DNA of 63,997 bases, filler included, from Diploschistes diacapsis (lineage: Eukaryota), in the NCBI GenBank assembly GCA_023645945.1. It is 18 parts of 18 records of this genome, joined end to end, with 100 filler letters (N's around TTAATTAATTAA, not from the genome) between each part and the next. Parts side by side here need not be neighbours in the genome. Positions count along the whole stretch, not along the records: positions 36,471 to 38,684 come from JALAIB010002312.1; positions 38,785 to 40,998 come from JALAIB010002313.1; positions 41,099 to 43,311 come from JALAIB010002314.1; positions 43,412 to 45,624 come from JALAIB010002315.1; positions 45,725 to 47,936 come from JALAIB010002316.1; positions 48,037 to 50,247 come from JALAIB010002317.1; 12 more parts are not named here. One strand, given 5' to 3'. Below the pieces are notes generated by a model. That model did not search any database and was not told where the DNA came from. It was given only the letters and a program-made list of their open reading frames with translations. A program made the translations under genes and the position numbers. Of this stretch, positions 36,471-48,262 are shown piece by piece. Each line of letters starts with the position of its first letter. Positions within the stretch are counted from its first letter, which is position 1.

Positions 36471-38389
36471 ATAAACGACCCGACGACGAGACGCCGATAA
36501 TACGCCGTAAAGGTTCGATAAAAAAGGTTTATTGCAATATAAAGATAGAATCTATATCCCAATAAAAAAATCTATACGAATAAAACTCTTATATATTTAT
36601 TATAATAATAAATTGGTAAGGCATTTCGATACCGAACGGACTTTAAAACTATTATAAAGATACTTTTATTAAAAAGGGTAACGTGCCGCTGTCAAGTAAT
36701 ACGTAAGTAGCTACGATATATGTTAAAAAATCAAGATGCATAAACATAAACCATATAATAATCTAACGTCATTACTAATACCTCAGGGATCCTAACAAGA
36801 AATCATAATAGATTTTATTATAGAAGTCCCATCGAGTAAAAGCAACGGAACCGTTATGAACTTAATATTAATAATAATAAATAAATATATTAAAATAATA
36901 CGGTATCTAGTATGTTTTAAAATAATAAACTTAAACGAATTAGCAGAAACTTTCATATAAGAAGTCTATATTAGGTACGAAGGTCCAAAAGGAATTATTT
37001 TAAATCGAGGTATAATATTTATAAGTTCCTTTTGGTCGGATTTCTGTTATTAGACGAAAATAAAAAATAAATTTAACACAACTTTCCATTTTTAAACCGA
37101 TAGATAAACAAAACGCTAAAATCAAATAATCGAGCATTATTTACGAGTATACTGCGGTACGGATCAAAAGGATTAGCCAGAATTATTATATTTAATTAAA
37201 TTTGCGTACAATTCCTCCATGAATTCTAGTACAAAAATAACCCCTTTTAAAGCATTATATGGCTACGAACCGACGATGCAATAGATATTCGAGGACGAAT
37301 ATAGAGAAAAGGAAGTGCCAGCCGTAACGGAACGGCTGAGAGAAATTAAAGAAACAAGAAAACTATTAACCAATAATTTAATAGCTGCCCAAGAATGACA
37401 AAAAAAATATTACAATCAAAATCGACAGCCAAAAACCTACAATATAAGAGATCTGATATGGCTTTCAACCAAAAATTTACAACAAAGAAGACCCAGCAGA
37501 AAGTTGTTATATAGATACATTGGACCGTTTCGCGTGCTAAACACTATCGGGAAACAGGCGTACTGCTTATCATTACCGTAAAGATATTTTAGGATTCATT
37601 CAATATTCTATATCTCTTTACTAAAACCTTACAAACCAAAAAAAAAAATATTAAAGAATTTCTTACCCCCGCCAGAATTCATTGAAGGAAAAATTAAATA
37701 AATTATCGAAAAGCTAATAAACCGCCGAAGAATGGACAACGAATGGTAATATTACGTTAAATAGAAAAACTAGCCAAAAAAATATAACTCGTAAAAACTA
37801 AAAAAGAATCTTACGAATATAAAGGAATTACGGGAAGCCTACGACATAAAATACCCACGATTAAGAAAGGGAAGGCCTAAATTCAATTTAATCTAAAAAG
37901 TATTAATATAGTAAGTACCGAATCGCTGTTTAAACGTGGCCGAAGCGCCACCGGCAAACTGAAAAATCAGGATTAAATCCCGATTTAAAAAAACATATTT
38001 TAAAGTTTTAGTTCTTTACGCGTTATTCGCGACAGAAGCGAACCCGACGAGCCAGCGAAATTTAGCGAGCTCGACGTTCCCGAACCCGATCACGAGATTT
38101 AATAATATTATTTTTCCCGCCACGACTTCCGCGCCTTAAAAAAATTTTAGGCTTCACGTCATTATTAAGTTTATTAGGCGATAATATAAGAATAAATATA
38201 CTGTTATTCGCGATTTTATTAAAAAAGGACGATACTTCTTTTAAAAACGTCTTTATCTTCTTTATAAACTTTTTAAGCGACTCGCTTACGTTAACCCGTC
38301 GCTTTTCTTATATTTCGATCTTCTTTATTAGGCGATTAACGCGTCTTCGTTCATATAAGATAAAAAGGTTCGTAATCGTCGAACCTTTA
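36471..38389 (+). mobile_element. RIP-degraded Ty3/Gypsy chromovirus pol 3' half (copy A)
   Basis: Integrase (FH..TD.QT.R.NQ.IEHYLRVY), GPFRVL and a chromodomain. Colinear with 57274-58680. Confidence 0.88.
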
Positions 38390-38684
38390 TGTTACAATCC
38401 AAGTAACTGGGCGTAGTCACTTGGCAACGTCACAGTATTGGAGGGCACTACCCGACCTATCGTTATATATAACTAGTCATATGACTAACAAATGGCTGTC
38501 GATAGATATCTATCGAAAACAAATCTATCGATAATAGACCTCTATTAATAACAACGCTATCGCGACAACTTTATTATCGACGATTAACTATTATCTTAAA
38601 TTATATAAGAACATCGCCATAACCTCTATAAAAACGGGCGTGTTTAAACCTTATATTATTTTAATAAATAAATTAATACAATAT
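38390..38684 (+). repeat. TGTTACGATCCAAG-family LTR inserted into Gypsy copy A
   Basis: Colinearity with copy B stops at 38389. The sequence matches 54345-54620. Confidence 0.75.
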
Positions 38685-38784
38685 NNNNNNNNNNNNNNNN
38701 NNNNNNNNNNNNNNNNNNNNNNNNNNNNTTAATTAATTAANNNNNNNNNNNNNNNNNNNNNNNNNNNNNNNNNNNNNNNNNNNN

Positions 38785-38858
38785 GGGGTAAGGACGGCGA
38801 TGGGTTTGGAGAGGGTTTTGACGAAGAGGGAGGCGATTTTGAGGGCGATGCTCGACAT
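38785..38858 (-). CDS. OPA3: OPA3-like protein, first exon only
   Basis: MSSIALKIASLFVKTLSKPIA matches the OPA3 N-terminal K..SL..TLSKPIA signature. The rest is lost at the gap. Confidence 0.75.
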
Positions 38859-39269
38859 TTTTTTTGTGGTTATGGGACTAGGAGGCTACCGCAGCTCCAT
38901 GCTCTCGGACGCTTTTAGGAGGAGCGCTGTCCGTGGAATTAAAGGAGATCTTCGCTGGAGTTGGTTTGCTTGTTGTTGTTCGTCAGAGTATCGTGCGCTA
39001 GACAGTTGGCTTGCATGAGCAAAAATTTCCGCTCACAATGTTCCAAACGGTTAACGGGTCGCTGAAAGCTGCGCTGAATTATGAGGAATGAGCTCCCGGA
39101 TTCTCTGATTATGTCGCGCCGAGACGCCGATGCACCCCCCTCCCGTACATGTCTAACCCCTCTGGGCAGCTTAGCCGAAGATTTGTTTACTATCACTTCG
39201 ACCTCACCAAAATCAACATCTCCATCCTAGCGGCCCTCCTTCGCTGAGGAAGGAAATTTCAGTAACACA

Positions 39270-40998
39270 ATGGCCGCCCCGGTCCTTCCAGAAACTGTGC
39301 AAGACTGCACCGGCAACGTCTACGAAGTTTCCAAGAAGCTGGGCAAAGGCGGCTTCGCAGTATGCTACCGCGCGCGGGACAAGGGCGCCCTGATAGCGCT
39401 TAAGGTGGTCAAGACGGACGGCATGCCGGACAAGGTGGCGGACAAGTTTCGCACGGAGCTGCAGATCCACTCGAAGGTGCGGCAGAGGAATATCGTGGGC
39501 TTCTTCAAGGCTTTCAGCCAAGCGGAGAATACGTACATCACGCTGGAGCTGTGCTCGAATGGGTCGCTGAAGGAGATGATATACTACAGGGGTTGCTTGA
39601 GTTTACCGGAGATCAGGAGGTTCGGGATGCAGCTCTGCGGTGCGCTGCATTATTTGCACTTGAGGAGCGTAATGCATAGGGACATCAAGGCGGCGAACAT
39701 CTTCCTCGATTCCAACATGTCGGTTAAGTTGGGCGACTTTGGTCTCGCGGGTATCCTGGTCACTGATGAAGAGCTTGGTGAAGTCCAGCGGAGGGTGACA
39801 GTCTGTGGTACACCGAACTACATCGCGCCAGAAGTATTATCGAAAAAGAAGGGGCATACAACCAAAGCAGATATCTGGTCGTTAGGCGTACTTTTCTTCC
39901 ACATGATGACGGGACAGATGCCATTCTCGACACCAGAAGATAAAAACAATGTAGCCGTCTTCAACAGAGTCGCAGCCGCAACGTTCACTTGGCCTGAGAA
40001 GAACGAGAACCAACTCTCCGCTGATGCTAGGAGTCTCGTGCTAGCGCTGCTGAACAAGGAGGACAACGCGCGCCCAAGCGCCGTGGAAGTTGCGCAGCTT
40101 CCTTTTTTCAAACTTAACGGCATACCCGCCAAGCTTGATCCGAGCTGCATCAAGGAGCCTCCAGTTTGGTTGAAAATGAGGCATCCCAAAGAGATGAGGG
40201 CACAAAGTCCAAAGGTTCCACATGAAGATATGCTTAAACAGTGCGGCTTGGTGCCTTTTTCTAGCTCTGAACTTCCAGCAGCAATGTACTACAGTCTATG
40301 CGAAGAGGCAGCGAACAACGAGGGACCGAAGCTCCCTCTTAAAGGAATTTACGAGCGGAGGGAGAACATGGTGAAGCGAGTCCAACCAGGGATGATATGG
40401 AAGATGGCCTCCAAACTCGAATCAAAACCCAAACGCCCCATAGGAGGCACGAAAGTCCCTCAACCAGTGCCCGTCGAACCCGCTATACTCCTCGGCCCAA
40501 GTCAAGGCACCGAACTCCTCAACAAAGGCCCGGACGCTATCCAGCAAGTCAGAACCCTCCGCCAAGCCCTTAAAGGCGAGCCCATCCAACGAGGCACGCT
40601 TGGCGACTTCCCCCCAACAGTAATCTACAGCCTGGACCAGTCGAAATGGGGCACCGCCTTCGTCCTCTCGGACGGCTCGATCGGCATCCTGACCAGCCGG
40701 CGCGAGCCCGCCAAGATGGTCGTCGTCAAAGGCGCTCTCCCTCACTTCCTGCCCAAAGTCGAAGCCAAAGAAACGACGGGTACAGAACCCAAAGAATCCA
40801 AAGACACCAACTCCCGCAGACTTCTTTCAAAACCCTCTTCAGCCCTGGCCTCCAAAAGCGCCAAAGATCTCCCCCTTCCCAAACCCCTCCTCACCACCAC
40901 CATCCCTCCCGAATCAACATCCGGCCCCGTCCCGCGAGATCTAACTTGCTTCTTCTACGAGCGCCGCCAGCATCCATCCCCCTCATACTCCTCATACC
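39270..40998 (+). CDS. Polo-like kinase (Cdc5/Plo1/PlkA family), divergent; truncated by gap
   Basis: GKGGFA, FRTELQIH, HRDIK, DFGLA and TVCGTPNYIAPEVL, plus a polo-box-like segment KWGTAFVLSDGSIG. Confidence 0.88.
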
Positions 40999-41098
40999 NN
41001 NNNNNNNNNNNNNNNNNNNNNNNNNNNNNNNNNNNNNNNNNNTTAATTAATTAANNNNNNNNNNNNNNNNNNNNNNNNNNNNNNNNNNNNNNNNNNNN

Positions 41099-43118
41099 CC
41101 TTTATATATTATACGGCAATGCGTACTATATTTGATCGTAAGTTATAATTTTTAAACTTTAAGCTTATTATTTAATCCTTTTTTAACCATTAAAACACTT
41201 ATAAAAACCGGAATAACTATCTATTACGCTAATAATTAATATCGATATTATTATCTCATTCTAGCTGCCGTTTCGGCGGATTATAAAGAACAGGCCCTAA
41301 TTACTGAGATCAAAAGCGAAATGTAATACTTACGCTGTACTATAAAACCAAAAGAACGAGAGAATCTTTTAAACACCTGGCCAATACGTACGCACGTAAA
41401 TACATAAACTTTAATTCGTTAACAATAAATCAATCATACGTTAAATACGGATCCTAAATAGGTTCATTTCACGATCAATTTTACCTAACGGCATCACTAC
41501 GTTAATATTTATGAAGCTCTCGCTGCAGATCTTCTTCATCAATTGCTTAAAGAGACTATATCGCATCTCTAAACGTAGATAAAGGATCTAATAGATAACA
41601 AACTTATGATTAAACGAAAACGACGCGGTCAAATGATTAACAAATTATAGGACGAAATACCTAATATTCGTATCGATAAGCGTTATCGTAATCTTCTCTT
41701 GTATCCGAGCTTGAAAAAATTTCCAAAACTTAGCGCTATTACGCAATAAACCGGCGAAAAATAAAAAACTATGATTCGAATAATAATATCCGCTTTAACT
41801 CTATTATTAACAAAAATTCTACCAACAACAATACTTTATATTCGAACGGTTATAGATTATATAACGATAACACAATACGCATCTTATAACGACGTAACTC
41901 TTAAATATATGCATCAGATACTAAAACGAATACATATTTTTAAAAACGTTTTCCGCGAAGTTCGTAAAGGTAAAAATCAAGAAAACGGCCATTTTAATTT
42001 TCTTAAATTTCATAATCAAATTCACTTTATTAAAACGATTCGGGACTTTAGCAGTACCAAAAATATTAATACCGCCATTGGCGAAACTGGCCATCGTATT
42101 TACATTAAAAACTTTTATATTAAAACAAATAAGCGTAATGATTGGGAAGTTCAATTACTAAATCATAATACTCGGTAACTTAATATTCAGGTTATAAAAA
42201 GTATTATTTTATTTAAGATAATAATACGCAATAATTTCTCCTCTAACGCCTTAAACGCTCATAATATTAAACTAAAAGGATTTATCAAGCTAAAACAACT
42301 CAAGCTTAATATATTAATAAAACAACTCGACTATCTTGTTATTATAAAACTTCTTTCTTCGAGATAATACTAAGCGTCGAACATAAAGAATGATTTTTAA
42401 ATTCCCGGTTTCTTAAATACTTTAACCACGTTCGTACGCGAGATGAAATTATTAACATAGAGACAGTCCCCGAAAAAGCGAGATATGAATCGAAGAAATA
42501 TCGACTCGGCTTGAATCAAACATTATTATATATCGCTTTATTCTGGCGTAAAATGCTAGAAACGTTCCGGAAATATAACTAAACAAGGCGATAAAAAATA
42601 AATAACGAAAATGGCAAGAAGCGTACCCGACTAACAAAAATCAGGTCAATAACGCCGTGATTATTTATGGCTTTAAGAAACCGATTCTTCCGAGTTAGAA
42701 ATCGTGTCTTATATTATAAGGAAAACTATTAATCAAATAATATTAATTATCTAAATAATAGATGCGGAAAGTTTACAAATGGATATCTCTAAACGTGTCG
42801 TATATATAAAGATAATTATGCGTCTTTTAAAACCGCGGAAGAACGGCCAGCTTTATAAAATTCATAATATAATTAAGCTTAAAAAGCCTTCTATTACCAA
42901 ACGTTATCTGGATAACTTCCGTATATATGCTCTGCCGTTCGTTATTTATAATACACATATCGTTCCCGGTGAAGAAGAGGAAAAAAAATCTAAAATATGG
43001 TATATAAATAATTATATCGACTAGAAGCAGTTCAATAAAATCTATGATTATGATTTCGAAAGAAAGAATAAGATGATTGCGGAAAATGAAATAAAACGCT
43101 AGAATCAAAGGAAATAAA
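41099..43118 (+). mobile_element. RIP-degraded Plavaka/CACTA-like transposase remnant
   Basis: ADYKEQALIT, EALAADLLHQLLK, HFNFLKFH..HFIKTIRDF..GETGHRIYIK and WYINNYID. Motifs recalled from fungal Plavaka-type transposases. Confidence 0.65.
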
Positions 43119-44158
43119 TTATTAAGAGAATTTCAGTATTAGTATTATTGTAATAATTTGGATGGTGTGTATTGAATTAAATGATGATAATTTGAATGAT
43201 AATGATGATAATCGCTAGCTAGGTGGGCCAGCGAGCAATATATAACTATAATAATCAGGATCGTTATAAATGCTATTGCAGCGACGTTAGCAGCCAACAG
43301 CGACGTTAATTNNNNNNNNNNNNNNNNNNNNNNNNNNNNNNNNNNNNNNNNNNNNTTAATTAATTAANNNNNNNNNNNNNNNNNNNNNNNNNNNNNNNNN
43401 NNNNNNNNNNNATGCATTGTATGCAAATTAAACAGAGATCTAAGTACCTGGCAGAGCCACAGCGAACTAGGCAGAATGCATCATTAACTAGGTAGAATGC
43501 ATCACTAGGGCGCCACCAAATATATTACACAATTTTACAGTAGGCAGAATAAGACAAGCCCTGCTCCGGCTCCAGCCACTAACTACGCCACTACTACTTA
43601 TATATTATATGCACCAAAGTAGCCGGCACCGGTATTCCCATTCTAAATTTGGTGCGCTTGAACGTCTTCACGGACGAACGAGTCCAGCAGGCGAAATTAA
43701 GGCAACTAACGAGTCTGAAAGAAACTTTCTGATCGATCATAAAATAGATCTAAACATTCGGGGGTGAGTTTCAAGTATCTCGGGTTTGGTTTGTAACTGG
43801 TGGAAGCATCTCGAAAGTTTTTTTGCGTGGGCATAGAGTGGTCCAAGGGGGCACTGGGTATGCAAAAACTATTATCAATGTCGCCTGAAACGGGCTTGCT
43901 GGTTGAGCATCGACTTACACTTGTCCAAGTCTTTTCCATCGAAACTAGAAAATGGCCCTTGAATCGAGCGCTGTCATGACGTATCTTATCTGTTCGGCTC
44001 TCAGCCCATCTGCTTTTCCATGTAAAAGAAGGATTTTATAGACGGCTCTTACGCGTGTTAGAAACTTACAAGATATATAAATATCAGTCTTAAGGAAGGA
44101 CTGGAAGTGTTCATTTAGAAATCCACTGGGTAAAGGTGTTGCACTGAGTCCAGGGTCA

Positions 44159-45622
44159 ATGTCTTCTCAAGTCAATGCGCATACGGATATCCTTGTGGTA
44201 TTTTTTCCCCCTTTTAATCCTTCTTCCTTTGCTTCACCTTTCATCCGAACCTAGTTCCGCCTTTTCCCACGCCTCTCTCCTTTTCTCCCCCTTTCTCCAT
44301 CACCTCTCCCTTACCACCACCCCTTACCCTTCCGACCCCTAACCCAAACTCCAATCCCCCAACCCCCAATCGTTCCATTCCTGCCTCCACCTCCACTAAC
44401 CACCCCACCCACCCAGGCCGGCGCCGTTGCCGCCCTCTCGATCGACCTCCTAATCTACCCCCTCGACACCATCAAAACCCGCATCCAAGCCCCCGCCTAC
44501 AAATCCCTCTACACCAACCCGACCACCGGCGCCGTCTCGCGCTCCCTCTTCCGCGGCCTATACCAGGGCATCGGCTCCGTCATCCTCGCCACAGTCCCCA
44601 GCTCTGGGGCTTTCTTCACCACGTACGAGGCCAGCAAGGCGCTGCTGCATAGGCTGAATGGGTCCTCTTCTTCTTCTTCGTCGTCTTCTTCCTCGTCTTC
44701 TGGTATCTCATCGTCGTTGCCTTCTGTGAAGTCAGCCACACCGCCAGCCCTCCTTCCCACCCCCGTAATCCACGCCCTCGCCTCTTCAACGGCCGAGGCC
44801 GTGAGCTGCTTCATCCTTACGCCCGCGGAGGTCCTGAAGCAAAATGCGCAGATTGTGCGGAAACCCTCCCTTTCTTCCTCTTCCCCTTCCTCGTCCAAGC
44901 ATTCCTCCTCCCGCTCCCTCATCTTCGACACGACCACCACGCGCGCCGCGCTGGCCAAGTTCCAGCACCCGAGCGAGCTCTGGCGCGGATACACTGCGCT
45001 GTTGGCGCGCAACCTGCCGTTTACGGCGCTGCAGTTTCCGATCTTCGAGGGGCTGAAGGGGAGAGTTTTGGAGTGGAGGAGGAGGCGAAGGGAGGGTGGT
45101 GAGGGAAGGGAAGTGGGACGGGGAGAGGGAGAGGGAAAGGTAGGGTACGTAGAGAGAGCGATAGCGACAGGTCTAGCAGCCGGCATGAGCGGGAGCGTCA
45201 GCGCGGTGGTGACGACGCCGATCGATGTCGTCAAGACGCGAATCATGCTCGCTGCTGGGAGCGCGGGGGATGGCGAGCGGAGCGGACACAGTGAGCGTAG
45301 GGAGCTTAGTGAGAAGACTTCCGCTCAACCTCAACGTCGCCCTCACGGTCAAGCAAAGGGAAACAGCCACGGCCAACAACACGAAAATTCCAAAGAGGCA
45401 TCCAAAATCGGCAGCCCGACTCTCCAGCGCAAAGCCCGAAGAGCCGGTGCCTGGGCCGTGGGCAAGCAGGTGTGGGCCGAGGAAGGGATTCGAGGGCTGT
45501 TCCACGGCGGAGCCCTGCGCGGCGCGTGGACGGCGCTGGGCAGCGGGTTGTATTTGAGCGTCTATGAGAGCGGGAGGGTGTGGTTGGAGGAGAGAAGGGG
45601 GGAGGGGAGGGCTGTCGTGTAG
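44159..45622 (+). CDS. Mitochondrial carrier family protein, S-adenosylmethionine carrier (Pet8/Sam5)-like
   Basis: Exon 44159-44197, intron to 44416 (ACTAAC branch). Three carrier motifs PLDTIKTR, PAEVLKQ and PIDVVKTR, plus RNLPFTALQFPIFE. Confidence 0.85.
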
Positions 45623-46604
45623 GTNNNNNNNNNNNNNNNNNNNNNNNNNNNNNNNNNNNNNNNNNNNNTTAATTAATTAANNNNNNNNNNNNNNNNNNNN
45701 NNNNNNNNNNNNNNNNNNNNNNNNGGGGTGGGATGTGGAGGTGCCGAGGTATGAGGAAGAAGTTGCGGAGGGGATCGAAGGGGCGTGAAGGTGAAGGTGA
45801 AGGGAGGGCTTACGGGTTTGAGTTTTTCTGAAGGATCTGCTGCTTTGTTGGTATGGTGGTTGGGATGTGGTGATCAGGGCTACGGTTGGGGAGGCACAGA
45901 GACGAGGTCTGTGGTGCTGCCGAGACTTGGCCAGAGTTTGTGGGCAAAGAGATCTGCGGCTGTCTCGGGTAGGATCTGAACAGTGTTTGCTCGGCTTGAG
46001 AGCTTAATTCTTATTGTTGGTCTGAAATATATTTTCTCGCAAGGCTAGCTGCTAATACTTCATAGAATACCCCCGCTTTCCACGGATATTGAAGCTTATG
46101 GGTCAACTAATAGCAGTTGCGCATCCTTGAGCACGCTCATGCAAGGGAACGGAGCCCACACTAACCAGCGGCCCCAGTCAATAGACAAAGTATGATCACA
46201 GAGGGAGAGAAGGATCAAGACATGGAGTAGACACGTCATCGACGTCCTAAAATGGTATTCTATGTGACAAGTAGTATGGCATGAGATATGCTCCGCCTTG
46301 TTAACAGCGCTTCTTGAAAAGGTGAGCGACAATTCTGGGTTGAATCCCATGCAGCGGCTTTCCCTCCAGCAGACCCTTGCATTACACGTCAAACCACGAG
46401 GGTGGCTGCATGGAAAGTTGGCTTCTCCGCACTTGGCGGCTGCATGGCATTGGCCTCCTTTGACCGGAATGACAGATTGCGTTTTGAGACATGCAACTTG
46501 CAGCTGTGCGATTCGGAAGTCGATCATGCACCTGGTGAAGCTAATTGCAAGGTTGCACAAGCGAAGGGATAGTTTCCCAGTATCAGATTAGGTACCTCGG
46601 TCAA

Positions 46605-47318
46605 TCAGGATTCCGTCCTTGCCTCTTTCTGGCCAGACAAAAGGGTCCACACAGGCGCGTCGAGCTTGTCACGCCCCTTCAAAAAGTCAAGTTCGAGTAG
46701 AAAGATGTATCCCAACAGATCACCACCCAGTTTTCGTACCAGTGAGCCGGCAGCGGCGGCTGATCCTCCTGAATCGAACTTCGGTCAGCAAGCTATTCCA
46801 GAGGGGATGGTAACGAGCCTAAACACACCTGTTGCAATGATGTCGTCTAGGACAATGACCTTCTGACCAGGAGCGATCGCATCCGCTTGGATCTCAAATA
46901 CGTCTTTCCCATATTCTTTTTGGTATGTTGCCGATTCGGTAGGTCCTGGCAGCTTGCCTCGTTTTCGAACCGGCACAAATCCCGAGTCTAGTCTCAACGC
47001 CAAAGAAGGTCCAAGTAGAAAACCCCTCGCATCTAACCCCACAACAATGTCAGGCCGACCTGGTCCACCGTTCTCCTTTGCCGTGAACAACTCCAAAGCA
47101 TTGATGAGGTCCGCAAGCCGGGCGGGATCACGAAATATAGGACAAATGTCCTCGAATAGAACACCCTTCTCAGGAAAATCAGGAAATTGACGAAGACTGT
47201 TTTTCAGCCTTAACGTAAGATCGGTGAGTTTGGTGGAGGTGGTGGCATGGGCGGTGGGCTGTCCACTCGCGGACCCTTGGGAGGCATCCTGGTGATGTGA
47301 AGGAAGTTTGGATGTCAT
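46605..47318 (-). CDS. APT1: Adenine phosphoribosyltransferase
   Basis: [34 protein letters not shown] and [11 protein letters not shown]. Intron 46828-46769, stop at 46605. Confidence 0.95.
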
Positions 47319-48262
47319 GGTGGAAGTCTGGGGAGGAATGGCGAATAAATCTTCTCATTCAGCGCACAACCGCGTGTATGTGTAGCGAATACTGGATAGG
47401 AAAGGTTTGTTGTTCAGGTCGCAATAGTATCGCTGCGATACTACGACGTACTCTCAAACCTTCCAGAAGCGGAGACGTCAACCGAGAGCTCCGTCCACAG
47501 AGCAAAATTTTTTACCGGTATCAGTTTCGTATAGCGGACATTGATAGCGAATTGGAAGTGACGCTTGGAAAATGAGCCAACATGGATGCAGGACTGGTCC
47601 TGAAAGGATCCGTCAAGCGCATGTACTATCATGCCTAATCGCTGGCTAGACACATCGAGAGATGTCTCTAGCTGGGCCCTTGCCTGTGAAGACAGTAAAT
47701 AGAGAACTCTGCAACATTATCCTTATTTAGAGGCCTAAAGGGGTGGGCCTCCCCTCAATGCTCAATGCTCAATGCTGACCATGACCTTGAAGCTATAGCC
47801 TGAGGTGTTCAAGGCGTGAAGCAAAGGTAAAGCCTGTGTCTAAAGTTCTTATGACGGTAGACTACTGTATATGAACAGGTACATGGGTGTATCTGAGGTG
47901 ACTGCCAAGTTGTGCGCGATACGATAAGGGAGGGGGNNNNNNNNNNNNNNNNNNNNNNNNNNNNNNNNNNNNNNNNNNNNTTAATTAATTAANNNNNNNN
48001 NNNNNNNNNNNNNNNNNNNNNNNNNNNNNNNNNNNNGAGGAGGAGGAGGCGGCGAGGGGGGTATAGGGGCTTGATAGAAAGTATAACGACTGCTTTTTGG
48101 GGGCTATATTGGGGCGCAGAGGGCTTTAAAGCCTTAATCTAATTAGTTTTAATCTTTTACGGTATTTTTATATAAAGATTTAACTTTTTATATAGTTATT
48201 TAGGCGGATTTAATCCGCGTTTATTTTAAAATTAACTTTTTATAATTTATATAAATATATCG

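Noticed and set aside
45725..46600. Additional gene downstream of APRT
   Set aside because: Only short ORFs without recognisable motifs or a consistent exon structure.
38785..47936. Functional cluster of polo kinase, carrier and APRT
   Set aside because: The genes lie on separate concatenated contigs; only OPA3-PLK adjacency is real.
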